NCBI GenBank assembly: GCA_963575745.1
Contig: CAUYUJ010000004.1
Coordinates: forward strand, 1 to 64,000
Length of the DNA stretch: 64,000 nucleotides
Origin: Prorocentrum cordatum
Lineage: Eukaryota
Direction of reading: 5' to 3'
Shown here: positions 27,377-40,270 of the stretch, in pieces
How positions within the stretch are numbered: the stretch's first letter is position 1
Layout: the number at the start of each line of letters is the position of its first letter
The notes under the pieces: model-generated
What the model was told of the DNA's origin: nothing
Databases searched by the model: none
The model's input: only the letters and a program-made list of their open reading frames with translations
Translations under genes and position numbers: made by a program

Positions 27377-29052
27377 GTGGCGTTCGCGCTGCTCGCCGCG
27401 CAGCAAAGCAGCGCTGCGCTGATCATGCGGCGCGCGTGGGCGACGGAGACGGATGGCCAGTTCCTGCCGCGGACGGCGGTCATTATGCACGAGCTGCTGA
27501 AGTTGCTCAGTTCCATGGCGCTGGCCTTGAACGCGGCGCCCTGTCGACGACGTTCCAGAGCAGGGGCGAGCTGCTGAAGTCTGACATCTCCGCTTTCCTG
27601 TACCTGTTGCAAAACGACCTGCAGTGCCTGGGGTTGTTTTATCTCCAGGCGGCGATCTTCCAGGTCACCTACCAAGTACACATTTTCTCGACGGCAGTCT
27701 TCGCGGTCGTTATGTTAGGCAAGTCGCTCAGAGGGCAGCAGTGGGCCGCGCTGGTCGTCTTGACGATTGGAGTGGTCGCCGTTCAGCTTTCGGAAATGTT
27801 TCAGATCCAGGGGCAAAAGGGGTCTTCGAAATTAGCCCCCGGTTTGACCTTCACCCTCAGGTCGACGCTCTCTTCGGGGCTGGCAGGAGCGTGCGCCGAG
27901 AAGCTCTCCAAGAGGGGATCCAAACTTGACCTGTGGAAGAGGAATGGTCAGCTCGGTTTGTATTCAGCCGTATTTGGATGTGGTGGGTTAGTAACAACTA
28001 GGCAGTCGGCAGCCGTGCTGTAGTTTTTTTTTGTTTGTTGTTGTTGTTGTTGTTGTTGTTGCTGCTGCTGCTGCTGCTGTTGTTGTTGTTGTTGTTGTTG
28101 TCGTTGTTGTTGTTGAACATTATTAATTCTAAAGAATAATTATTGTTGGGGCCCCTGGTGCACGGCCCCCCTGCGCCGCCTAGGCCGCAGCTACATTTTC
28201 ATCATTTTCGTGAGGAAGCCTCAGGTAATTCGATGTGATCAAGATCCGGTTGTTTTGTTCCCCCCCGCTTTCCCTTGCAAAAAACACTATAAAATGACAT
28301 TTCTTGTTCTAATATAATCAAATTTCAAGAATCCCTTGCAAAAAATAAGGTAAAGTGGACATTCGCGCGCGCAAGACGAAATCCTTCCAAAAGCTTAGTG
28401 TTCGGAGCGATTTTAACATAAAAACATCAAAAAACCAATGGTTTTTCAACAAAAAAATGTCAAAATCTCATCCCGCGCGCTCTTGCGGATTCGTAGGAAA
28501 CCCAACACTTTTTAAACATTTCTGTCAAACGGGCTTTTGCGAGCAACTTTTTCGAACTTCTGCGACAACGGTTGCGCACCTGCCAGGGCCATCATCCCTG
28601 TCAAATAATACCATGCGGGACACATTCGTTTTTTCTTCGCGCGCGCACGCCGAAATCTCCAAAAACCATTGGGTTCTTAAGAATTTTAGCACCGCGCATC
28701 ATAAAATCACACGAATCGCACCGTAGGTCCTCGAAAAACACCTGCACGACTTTTCAAAATTTCTACCCGCGCGCGCTGTCCTAACAACTTCTGTGGGTGT
28801 GTACTCCACGCCAGTGTAGTAGCCACGGTCGTCCGCAGGCCACGAAGTGAAGAATAGTAGCCACGGTCGTCCGCATGCCACGAAGTGAAGTGTCCGAACG
28901 TCATAGGGCGGGAAGCTGGGTGTGGGTGGTGGCGAAGAGTCGTTTGGAAATTTGGTAGAGCTTGAACCGGCCCCCCCACAAAGTGGGGGTATTGCCCGCC
29001 TCCTATGAAAACCCTGGCACTGGTGAGAACGGAGTGTCCCCAGTCTTAAATG

Positions 29053-29110
<58 letters not shown>

Positions 29111-29337
29111 TCATTCCCCCCACTTTCCACGGCTATGCCATTGTGACCTTCGCCAGTATCGCACTGCAAGGCTTGGGCGGTATGCTGATCGCCATCGTCA
29201 TCAAGTGCACGGACAACCCAAAAACAACAGAAATCGCGACGTCCTTCTCGATAGTCCTGGCCGCAGCAGCCTCCGTCTTTGTGATTGATACCCAGCTGGC
29301 CGTATTTTTCTGGGGAGGGGCAACTGCTGACACGTGA
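27377..29337 (+). pseudogene. SLC35A-type nucleotide-sugar (UDP-galactose/CMP-sialic acid) transporter; intronless, frameshifted, split by an insertion
   Basis: FLPRTAVIMHELLKL; FLYLLQNDLQ...AAIFQVTYQ...STAVFAVVMLGKSL..QQW; SSGLAGACAEK...LWKRNGQLG. Resumes at about 29124 as FHGY...LQGLGGMLIAIVIKCTDN...ATSFSIVL. Confidence 0.88.
28115..29054. mobile_element. (GTT)n-flanked element, copy 4, inside the transporter pseudogene
   Basis: Near-identical to copy 1 over its first about 660 bp, with the same far-end block; GTT tracts on both sides. Confidence 0.9.
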
Positions 29338-30323
29338 GATTTGGTTCGGGATGACAATAGTTCCCTTGCGCCGCCAAGGAGCGCTGTGCACCTCTCCGCC
29401 CCCCCCCCCCCTCTGCTCTGGGACGGGGTTAGGACGAGGGTGAATCCGTTCCAGAGCGTTCCAGGACATCCAGAGCGTTCCAGGACGTTCCTAGAAGGCC
29501 GCGGCGCCCGAGACATCTTCCAGAACCGCTGGATTTTAGAGGCTCTCGATTAATCCTTACCTGATTTGATTGATCCTCATCCTGGCTCGTCTTACCCTGT
29601 GGGCCGCCCTGGCATGGCCGTCACCACCCACTTGACAACCCCAAACCACACCCGAAGTCTTCAGTTTATCCTCCATTTCCAGTGGGGGGTGGGGTCGGGG
29701 AGCAGTGAGAAAACACATGTGGAACCCGTGCCCCCCCCAACCTGAAGTTCGGGTCCTCGGGTTGGGTTGGATTGAGGTTCCCCCGAGGACCCCTTTGTGC
29801 CGGGCTGGCCCACAGAAGGCGAGCCGGGGGGACAGCGCCTCGGCGGCTCCTTGGGAAGTCCTTCTCTGGAGCTCCCCACGGGCCGTCCGCGCGCTTTCAC
29901 TGAGCGCTCCGTCTTGGCAGGCAGGCAGCCTGGCCGGCGGCCGCTGGCAGCGGCCGGCGGCCCCCGCGAGCGCAGTGCATGCCGCCACCGCCGCTGGCTC
30001 GCGCCGTGCGCGCGCGCCCGCGGTGCGCACCGCGCCGGCCGGCTGCCGCGCGTGCTGACCGATGGCCCCCGGGGCCTCGCGGAGCCCGCGGCCCTGCCGC
30101 GGCGCGGAGGTGCCAGGCGATGTCCGACGAGGAGGACGACGAGGGCGGCGTCGATCGAGGAGGAGGAGGAGGAGGAGGAGGAGGAGGAGGAGGAGGAGGA
30201 GGAGGAGGAGGAGGAGGAGGAGGAGGAGGAGGAGGAGGAGGAGGAGGAGGGGCTCAGGCTGCTCCAGAACCCCTTCTCCGCCTCCCCTCTCCGACCCGGT
30301 GGAGAACGCAGAGCGCTAGGCTA

Positions 30324-30599
30324 GCTGCTGGGACCTCCACCGCCGTCGTCGCCGTTGTCGCCACAGTCGTCGCGGTCGTCGCCGTCGCCGCCGCCGGCTG
30401 CGTCAGGGGCGGCGCCGGAGGCGACCCTGGGGGCGGGCCAGCGCAGATCCCCAAAGTTTCTGTTTATGCAGTTTGTTCGTCTTCAAGTCGACGACGCAGC
30501 CGACGGCGGCGACGGCGCCGGCAGCGACGGCGACGGCGACGGCGACGGCCGCGACGACTGCGGCGACGACGGCGACGACGGCTGTGGAGGTCCAGCAGC
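30324..30599. mobile_element. MITE with about 80-bp imperfect TIRs and flanking TA (Tc1/mariner-like)
   Basis: Left gctgctgggacctccaccgccgtcgtcgccg... is the reverse complement of right ...cggcgacgacggctgtggaggtccagcagc; TA at 30322-30323 and 30600-30601. Confidence 0.75.
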
Positions 30600-30899
30600 T
30601 ATCTTTGCGCTGTACATTCTCCACTGTGGAGGTTTCCGACCCTCCAGGCAGTTATGACAGGAGGGAGGGGGAGAGACAATGACCTTTTTCCCCTCTGCCT
30701 CCATTTACCCCTCTGTCCTCTAGCTCCAGCATTCGCTTCGTTCGCTTCGTGCTATCCTGCAGCTCCTCAACTCATTCACCTCCCCTTTCCCATCTTCCCC
30801 CCTCCTCTCCTCCCCCCTGTCCTCCCCCTTCTTCCCCTCATTCCCTTCCTTCCTCTGCCTTCGCTCTCTTCTCCGTTTGGTATGGCCAGAGCGTGAATC

Positions 30900-31215
<316 letters not shown>

Positions 31216-31468
31216 CTTAGCGCCAACATGGGCCTGTTTTGTGTGGGCAGTCCCCGCAGCGTCAGGTAGAAATCAAAACTTGAGGCCGACGTAAGAATTG
31301 CCAAACAGAAATATGCAGTCATGTCTAGCAAAGAGTTGCTTAAGCAATACATGAAAATAACTGCTTTGCATTGCACTCGTTGCGTTGCATCGTATTGCGT
31401 TCGTTGCATTGTATTATATTGCGCTCGCTGCCTCGTATTGTTTTGCATGCGTTATCGTTGTATTGGAA

Positions 31469-32558
31469 AGAGCGTGTTCTACCGCTGCTGGCGGAAAACC
31501 GGGGGGGGTCACTACCGGTTCGAACCCCTCCCCCCCCCCCCCCTCCGGAAAACCAGGGGGGGTCACTACCGGTTCGAACCCCTCCCCCCCCCCCAGCTCA
31601 TCATGAAAAGGGGGGGGGGGTCACTACCGGTTCGAACCCCCCCCCCCCCCCCTCGAAAACCGAGTGGGGGTGCGGACAGTGGTGGGGACGGTGTTGGTGG
31701 GGACAGTGGTGAGGGGACAGCGGGACAGTGGTGGGGACAGTGGGACAGTGGGACAGTGGTGGGGACAGTAGTGGTGGGGACAGTGGTGGGGACGGGGACA
31801 GTGGTGTGGGGACAGTGGGAATGAGGTGGAAACAGTGGGACAGTGGAGGGTACAATGGTGGTGGGGACAGTGGTAAAGGCGGTGGCGAGGACGGCGGCGG
31901 GACAATGGGACAGAGATACAGTGGGGACAGTGGTGGGGACAGTGGGGACAGTGGTGAAACAGTGGGACAGCTCAGTGGGACAGCGGAGGAGTCAGTGGGA
32001 CAGTGGGGATAGGCAGTGGTTGGGTCCGTGGAGACAGTGGGGAGAGTGGAACCGTGGTGGGAACAGTGGTGGGAACAGTGGGGACAGTGCGACAGTGGTG
32101 GGGGCACTGGTGGGGACAATAGGGACGGTGGTGGAACCAGTGGGGACAGTGGTGGTGAGGACAGTGGTGCTGGGAACAACAGTGGGGGATGTGATGCGAG
32201 CGGTGGTAGGGACCGGGAGTCGTTTGCTGGCGGTGCGTGGGGGGGGGGTCGAACCGGTAGTGACCCCCTCCGGTTTTCGAGGGGGGGGGGGGGGGTCCAA
32301 CCGGTAGTGACCCCCCCTTGGTTTTCCGGATCCGGAGAGGGGGGGGGGGAGGGCCCCCCCCCCCCCCGGTTTTCGAGGGGGAGGGGCGGGGGGGGGAGGG
32401 GAGGGGAGGGGGGGGTTTTGCCGGGGGGGGAGGGGGGGAGGGGGGGGGAGGGGTTCCAGGGGGGGGGGGGATTTTCGGAGGGGGGGGGGGGAGACCCCCG
32501 GGCTCCGGAGGAAAAGGTCAGCAATTTTCCACAGTAAAGCGGCGGTGGATCACGCTCT
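31469..32558. mobile_element. Foldback-like non-autonomous element
   Basis: Imperfect TIRs agagcgtgttctaccgctgct / agcggcggtggatcacgctct. Subterminal ggtcactaccggttcgaa occurs x3 on the left and inverted x2 on the right. Core of (gggacagtg)n. Confidence 0.75.
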
Positions 32559-32740
32559 CTCTTGTATTGCGATCGTTGCGTTGTGTTGTATTGCTCTCGT
32601 GAGAGGAACCGCAATCTGCCCAGTACTCGTGGCAGTGATGATGTGTGGCTATATAGATATGCGCTGAGGAAGAGATATGTTGCACCCCTGAGCCTAATGT
32701 GTGCTTCCCTCCCTCTGTCTTGCCGTGTTCTCCTGCTGCT

Positions 32741-32763
32741 TGCGCAGCCGTTTTGGCTCACAG
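32741..32763 (+). promoter_or_regulatory. DinoSL-like (relict spliced leader) motif
   Basis: tgcgcagccgttttggctcacag vs DCCGTAGCCATTTTGGCTCAAG: first 20 nt match 17/20, then a 1-nt insertion before AG; lies 44 nt before the ATG at 32808. Confidence 0.6.
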
Positions 32764-32807
32764 CTTTCCCTTTCAATGAACCCTGTTGGTGTCCCCAACA
32801 CTACCGT

Positions 32808-35800
32808 ATGGACGATGACATCGTCGCCCTCGTGATGGCGATCCCCAAAGGGGACCTTCGCCAGCAACCGACTGGGAGGGAGAAGCGCCTCGACGCGTTC
32901 GAGCGAGGCCGCAGGGCCCGCATCGACGATTTCAGGCGTCGCCGAGAACCTCTGGGCGACAACGACGTGCAGCAGCTGGCAGTCAGGTCCATGACGACTC
33001 CAGGCTGCACTGCTCCCGAAGTTGTTGCGAGGGTGGCGGTCCTGCCCGAAACGAAGCTCATGGCCGTGATGCAGTTGGCGTGTTCGGCGAAGGTCCGAGG
33101 TTCAGGCGCGCCCGTTGAGAAGGTGCGTCGGTTGCGGAAGAAGTCAGTGGCCATCGTGGGCAAACCGTTTCTAGACAGGCAGTTGCGCGGGTGGCAACGG
33201 TGGCTAACCAGGGAGACGCCAGCAGCTGCGGGCGGGCGCCTCTTTTCGATTCGTGGAATCTCAAGCACGTGGGACGAGGCTTCCCAGATGTCACGGGCCC
33301 TCCTGGTGAAAGAGGAGGGTTTGAGCGACCTCGACAAGGGCCAGCAGGTCTTCAACGTGATGGTCATCCTTGGCGCAGCCTCTCAAGCTGCTGCGCAGCG
33401 GGGCCCGCCTGTTTTGATCGCGGACCTCCAGCCCATGGAGATCGAGCGGCAGCCCTGGATTGCAGTGCCCTATTTGCTTGGAAAGCGCTGCTGCCAAACT
33501 TCTGTTCGACGGGTTACGCAGATCATTGCCCGTCGACTTGCCAGCATCAGGAGTCTCGAGATGCTCATGACAAACGTTGACATGCTTATATTTTCTCTCG
33601 CATTGGACTCGGCCTCTTCGAACCTGACCGCGTGCAGCTTCTTGCTCAGGTACATTGAACGAGCGAGTCTGCGCGGTCTGTCGTTGCACTTCCAGCGGTG
33701 CCTTTCGCACCAAATCAACATATGCAGGCCTTCAATTGTTGCAATGGCGGGCGTGGCTGGCATGCTGTGCAGATTGAGCAAGGTGATTGGGATTGGCAAG
33801 AACGCTGCAGCACTCGCAGCCGCGATCCACGACCACGTCAAGACAAGTTGGTTGCCCGTTAAAGCAAGCCTTCCGATGGGCATGCCAAGGTCTTCCCCAA
33901 TCAGTGCTGGACGTGTTTGGCATCGCCGGTGGCTCCGGGATGGTCTTGCAAGATGGGGCGCCCGCGCGCGCGGGGCATTTGCATTTCGCGACGACCTGCG
34001 CGATTTGTGCGAGAGGAGTTTGTTCGACAATTTTGTTGGGGCATGGGTGTATTACGTTGCAGTGGCGCCCAATTCATCTAGCAGGCTCAGGGTCGACCAT
34101 GGCGAGGTAGCTACGTATATATCGACGCCGCTCGTTAAGTGCCCCAGTGGTCGTCGGTGGGGGGTCGGCGCCCTCTCGCGGTGGACAGGCGTCGCGCGGT
34201 CCAGGAAACAGGTCGTGATAGGGGTCGGTGTTCAACCTTGCTCTGCCATCGTGTCTATCGGCTTTATCTTCAAACATGGGCGCGACAGAGGCAGAGCTGG
34301 AGGCCGAGAAGACATTGCGCGCTGACAAAACTGCAAGCGGCGAGGGGGTCAACAGTTCCACGCCCACGAACGTGATCAGGGTGATGAGAGTTTCGAGATA
34401 CTTCAGGGGCGCAGCGAACCGATGGAACGCGGGGGCGTTGCTCATAGGGCGTTCTCAGGTCGAGAAGCTCCACTGGTTTGTGCTTGGCAGCGCCAGTGAA
34501 GGCGGGCGCAAGGCGAAACTGACCGACCTGGTGGATCCGCGGTTGAGCACCGTTGGGCAGCCGTGGATTCTGCCTTTGCGATTATTCAAGGAATGGACTT
34601 TGCCAGACGACCGTCCGCGGCGGCTGCTCGCATTCCTCGGCTGCAGGATCTTCGTTCCGTGGATGTTCGAGCTTGCGCGAGGCGCTTGGTGCTATCGGCC
34701 AGCTGCTGCCTGTTCCAGCGTCTGGGGGCCCCGCGGGGGCGCGACCGCGGCGCTGGCGCCGAATGCGTGGCCACTGCAACAACATGATTGATGCGTGAGC
34801 TCACCTGGCGCGGCCGCGCCAGGTCGTCCAATGAACCGGCCGCGAGGCATGGTTGCAGCGGCCGCGAATTCGGCGTCGGCCAGTGGCGCGCCCGCGCCAG
34901 GTTCAGCATTCGGCATGGCCATTCAAGCTGCAGTGGCTCATATCCTCGAACGTTTCTGATGGGGGCAAGGATGCCGCACTGCAGGAGTTCCTCGATGCAA
35001 GTGGTTACTGCCTCGGGCCGTTTGGCCGCACGTTCAGGGTTCGCCTCCCCGCGACCGAGGCGCAGCGCAGCCGCGCAGCCGCGTCGGTCATCTTGCTCTG
35101 GCAGAGTTGCCGTTGATCGCGACGGCCCCAGCCGAGTGCGAGCGCGAGGCGATGAGGGAGGAGGTGGCGTCCAGCGGTGCTGGATCTGCGCATTGCCCAG
35201 TTGTCTGACGGGCAGCGCGTCGCCATCTGAGAGAGGCCCAGGAGATTAGGGGCGGGTCGCCGTGCTCGCTGCTGCTCCGACGATCTACTATAGAGTCGCA
35301 GGCCATGCTCGGCCAAGAGAAAGGCGCGCCCATCGGCGCCATCGGTGGCCCGCGCGCGGCTCCTCTCCAGCTGGAAGGCCGCCCTGCAGGCGCGGCGGGC
35401 GGTGGCGAACCGGCGGAGACTGGCGTTGGAGACCAGTTCGACGGCGTCGATTTGGAGGAGCTCGTCATGGGCGACGACCCGAGGATGGTCCACTCGAACC
35501 ACCTACTCCGCTCGAGGAGGGAGTTCCTCGATCGACAAATCGGTCGCGACGAGGTCAAGACGGAGGTGCTGTAGCGCGGCGAGGCACGTGACGAACCCGA
35601 TTATGCGCGCGCGATGGGGGTCGCTATGCGACGCGAGGCAGCGGCAGCGCATGCGTTTGTCCTGGGCCCCATCGGGGGGCCAGTCGTCGGCGACGCCAGA
35701 CGAGACGCCCAGGTAGCCAGTGCGGGCAGAAAGCTTGCAGGATGGCGGTGCCGTCGAGGACGCCCCAGTCGCCTCCGTCGCGCTGGCGAACTGCCGCGCC

Positions 35801-37174
35801 TCTCTCGGCGCAGCGGCCGTCGAGAAGCTGGACACCGACGCGAGCCCGTTCAGTGTGGAACCATGCGGCTTGCAGAAACACCCCCCGTCCGAGGCGTCGT
35901 CGTGGGGGCGCTGCGGCGAGTTGCGCCGCCTTTTCGCCGGGCGCGCGGCTCAGTTCCGCGTGATGCGCAGGTTCGACGTCGCCGGCAGTTCAGTGGCATC
36001 GCTGGTCGATTCCATAGACATGGCCACCATCCAGGGCAAGGACTGCATGTCCCACTTCTCCTCGAAGCGGGTGTCTGGCGACGGCAGGGCTCTGCGCGCG
36101 TGGGCCATTATTGAGAGCCCGATGCACAGCCCCCAGGTACAGTGCTTCAGATAGTGCTGCTCTGTTTCGGTGTCCGAGGCCGACCTCGTGGAGGGTGGGT
36201 TCGCGGTTCGATGGCCCGCCCAATGCCCGTGGGAGTTGAAGATCATGCAGTCCAGGAGCCGCCTGCGTTCGCTGCGCGCGATGGCCTTTCGTCTTTGTGG
36301 ACAGGGGAGCGTCGTCAACGACGAGGCCGCGGTCGACGGCGACCTGATGCGCGTCGTCGTCACGGGCAAGGGGGCGGCGAGAGACTCGGCCCCGCGTCGG
36401 CGCGTGGCATCGGCAGACGCGTTCACCGACGTCCAGCAGGCCCCGACCGGATCGCCGATCAGCCGCGGCACCGTGGCCGCGCGAGAACCTGAGACGCCCG
36501 TGGGGGCGGCGCCCAGCCCGCTCGCCATCTGCGAGTGGGGGGCAGCGCCACTGGCCAGAGCGCCGCGGACGGCTTGGATCAGATGATGGCCGAGATTCTG
36601 GAAGGCCAGTTCCACGAGGGTGCCGTGGGGGCGGCCGAGTTCATTGAGGGGAATTTGGCTGGCTGCATTGCTCCGGAGGCGCCCGATGGCGACGGCGCCG
36701 GCGATTTCGGCACGGGGGGGGGCCCGAGCCCGATGAAGGGGGAGAGCGCCTTCATGCTCGTGGAGAGGCAGCCGGGGCCCAATCGACCCGGGGCGTCGCG
36801 ACGTCTTGATCGTCGCAGCCGCCAATGCTGCCGAGGTGATTGGGGTCGCGCCCTTGCCCGTGGCGCCGCCGGTCACCGAGCGGGGCGGCGCGGGCGCCGC
36901 GACGTACCGCATTGGCGACCCGGGGGTTGTAGCGGGGCTGCTGCGGCCCCGCAATGCAGTGCCAATTGTTGGCCTCGTCGGGTACGGGGGCGACCGCGCC
37001 AACATCTTTGGGAACTGCCACCTCCGCCTGGGGCGCAGCGTCAGCGTTGACATCATGAGGGGCCAAGTGTCGAGGGGGCGCATGGCAGGGTGTTTGGTGC
37101 TCGGCGAAGTCGCAGACAGGAGCGCCCCCATGGAGCAGCGTTGGGCTGCGGGGGCGGCCCGCCGAGCGTATTAG
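32808..37174 (+). pseudogene. Decayed DDE transposase of the CxxH class (hAT/MULE/P-like) with a long degenerate C-terminal extension
   Basis: STWDEAS, ALDSASSN, QRCLSHQ, LSRW and, after frameshifts, AECER (about 35131-35146) in the expected order. The 3' boundary is uncertain. Confidence 0.55.
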
Positions 37175-39697
37175 GTCAGGCCGTGCTAATCCGCTCAGAC
37201 AGTTGAATTGCATAGATTTTATGTACAAGCGTGAGAGAACGTCATCCTTGAAGTCGCGCGCCCCCCTCCCTGCCCTCGCCGCCCCCTTCGGCGCTGCCCT
37301 CGCGGGCGGCGCTGAGTTTGGACATGCTTGCCAGCCGGCGCCAGCCCATCTGGTGAAATGCAGCGGCAAGCAGCGCAACCGCGAGAGTGGCAGCCGCTGC
37401 CCATGGATAAGCCGAGGAGGGCGAAGGGGAACGCGGGGGAAGAGCGCCAACTTTCTCGTCGCCAGGGGCCCCAGGAGGGCCCCATGAGACCCCTTGCCCT
37501 AGGTGTTGCCAGATTGGGGTTCCAGAGGACTCCAGAAGGGGGCCCGAGGGGTGCCCGGAGGGCCTCGGCAGGGGCCCGAGAGGGGGCGCAGTGGCGGACT
37601 GCGAAATCATGAGTTGGTTTTCGCCGTTGGGTTCTTTGCGGGGTCCGTCGGGTGGACGGTGCTTTTCCTGAGCCCTTCGGAGCCGCCAGAAGGCTTCAAG
37701 ATGGCTTCCATGTCGCCCCAGGGGAGATGCCCGACTGGCCCAATATTGCCCGGGGAGGGCCCAAGAGGGCTCCGAGAGGGCCAAGGGGGCCCTGGCCGTC
37801 GAGCGCGCCGCGGTGCATCAATTAGCCAAAGAACGACATCTGGCACCAACCATAGGGTACAATCGCGCCAACCATAAAATCATGAACCGTCGGGCCCCGT
37901 ACAGTGCCGTTTTTAATGCATGCTCCGCGTGCGGATCATGTGTAAAAAATGCAGGGATTTAGTATTACAAGCACCGGTGAGTTCATGCATCAATTTATTC
38001 ATAGGTTAATCATGATTTCAACATTTAATTTTTATATCAAAAACCATGCATTAAAACAACTGCCCTATATGCAGTCGACGCGTTGTCCCAGCCATAGAGC
38101 GCCAACCATAGGCGCCATGAGGTATGCTCGGCGATGGGAATCGTTCTCTGTCGTGTCGTGCCGTGCCCGCCCCCAGCACTATCAACGTCGCCGTGCGGAT
38201 CGGTATGCTGATGACAGCGGTCACCGTCAGCATCGCCGCAATCAGCACTATGACCACGACAACGTAATACACTGCTGCGACACGTGCGATAATGCGGTTG
38301 ATGATGACGAGGATGTGGATGGAGGAGGAAGATGAGTATGTTGCGGGGGGTGGCGATGGCGAGGATGAAGATGGGGATGGGGAGAGGGCGGGAGGAGGGG
38401 CACGGCGATGACGGAGGAGGGCGCTGATGCGAAGGGGGGTGCTGCGGATGATTGGGAAGATGAGAATGATAGAGCTGATGATTATGATGTGTTTGTGTGT
38501 GAGAGAAGGAGAGAGAGAGAGTGTGTGTGTGTGTGTGTGTGTTTGTGTGCGTGGCGGATCTACAAGCGAAGCATCGTGGATGGTCGCAAAATTATCGTAG
38601 ATGCTTCAGCGCGCAGCGCGCGCCCACGGAGCGCTGGGCGCCGCGCGCGCGCGTCGCAGGCGGGCGTGCCGAGCGGGCGGATCAGGCTTGGCGCGCGTGC
38701 AGGGGGGGCGCAGCGGCGCGCGCCCCCGCCGCCGCGTGCGATCGCAGGCGCGCGGGTGAGCGAGCGGCCCAACCCCGCGCGTGCGACCGCGGGCTTGTGT
38801 GCGGCGCAGGTGAATAATGTGCTATTATTCAGGAGCGCCGCGCGTGCCCGCCTGTGGACTTTTTGCTGTCTCTGATCTGCTGGCTGTCCGCGCGGCCTTC
38901 CTGGCTGGCTGTGCCTTGTCGTCGTTTCGTTCTTTCGGGCCTCGGGTTCGCGTCCGCTTTCTCCTTGGGCTCGCTGTCCGTCCTTGCTTCTTCCTGCCCT
39001 GCGTGTTGGCCTGTCCTGTCCTGGGTCCGCTGCCTTCGCCCGGTCTGGTCCTCTGGCTCGCCTCGTGACAGTCGCCTCCCTCGGGTTGTGTCTTCGCGTT
39101 CGCGTGTCCCCGGCCGCCCTCTGGCTGCTTCGTCTGCTGTGTCTGGTCGTCTGGGCCCCTGTCCCGGGTCTCGGGCTCTCTCGTCTGCCTGCTGCCGCCT
39201 TGCCCCCTGCCCCCCCCCCCCGCGTGCGCGGACCAGTCGCCGTCGCGCCGTCGCCCTCTCCTCCCCGCGCAGGTTCCGAGTCCCCCTCTCCTCCGCCGTC
39301 GTCTTTGTTGTGCGGCTCGAGGTCGGGACATTTGGCCCTACTCGCAAGCTCTTGCTTTCTCCTGGAGGCGCATTAGCCAGATGCGGGGGCTCCCCGTGCG
39401 ATTGGCAGCCTCCCTCGCGGCACGGGGTCGCACGTTGTGCAGTGCAGCGCTGCGCGAAGAGTTAATTTGCGCCGGGGTGCGACGCAGCGCGCGAGGGGCG
39501 CGGGGGAAAAGGTTTGCTGGGCTGTCATGCTTGCATTCCTGAAGGAGGACCCGATGGTCGGGGCCGAGTGGGGCGATCTTGCGATCGTGGATCACGCTCT
39601 CTATGATGATGCTGCTGCTGCTGATTATGATGATGGTGATGCTGATGCTGATGATGCTGATGCTGATGTTGGTGCTGATGCTGATGACGATGACGAC

Positions 39698-39764
<67 letters not shown>

Positions 39765-39835
39765 CTGATGCTGATGCTGATGCTGATGCTGATGCCAGCT
39801 GATGTGGACGAGAACGGTGCTTTCACGGGCAACGC

Positions 39836-40270
39836 GTGGGAGTGCTGGGCGTTCCGCCCGCTTTCTCGGCCGCCGCCGCCGCGTCCGCTTCCTCGGTCGC
39901 CGCCGCCGAAGCGGAGGCGGAGGCAGAGGAGGCAGACCCCGACGAGGTCGCAGTCGCGATTTCGCCTGCTTCTTCGCAGTGCGACGTGGGCGCCCTCGCG
40001 GCCGAGTGGGCCGCGGCGGATGCGCAGGCGGTGCGCCTTCGGCTCAAGGCCGAATGGCAGAACCTCCACTTGGAGGGCGCATTGGGGCGGCTGCGCCCGT
40101 ACTGCGACCGCGTCGCTGCCATCGAGGAGGAGATGCGGCCGCTGCGCGCGGCCGCGGCCCTCGCGGCGGAGGCCGCAGACGCGGCCCTGCAGACCGCGGA
40201 CGCTGCGGTGGAGGCGGCCGCGCAATCGCAGCTCCGCGCGATGTCGCTCGCTGCGGCGCGGCGGCCCTGA
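39836..40270 (+). CDS. Possible exon or gene fragment, Ala-rich helical, unknown product
   Basis: Very GC3-rich, protein-like stretch (AEWQNLHLEGALGRLRPYCDRVAAIEEEM); no start or splice context established. Confidence 0.3.
   Translation: MGVLGVPPAFSAAAAASASSVAAAEAEAEAEEADPDEVAVAISPASSQCDVGALAAEWAAADAQAVRLRLKAEWQNLHLEGALGRLRPYCDRVAAIEEEMRPLRAAAALAAEAADAALQTADAAVEAAAQSQLRAMSLAAARRP

Noticed and set aside
25960..28023. A 687-aa protease-transporter fusion CDS
   Set aside because: The transporter N-terminus (27377-27560) and the protease end are in other frames; the long ORF is a chance read-through of two relics.
28022..29123. Spliceosomal intron in the transporter
   Set aside because: There is no AG acceptor at the point where coding resumes, and the gene is independently frameshifted and degenerate.
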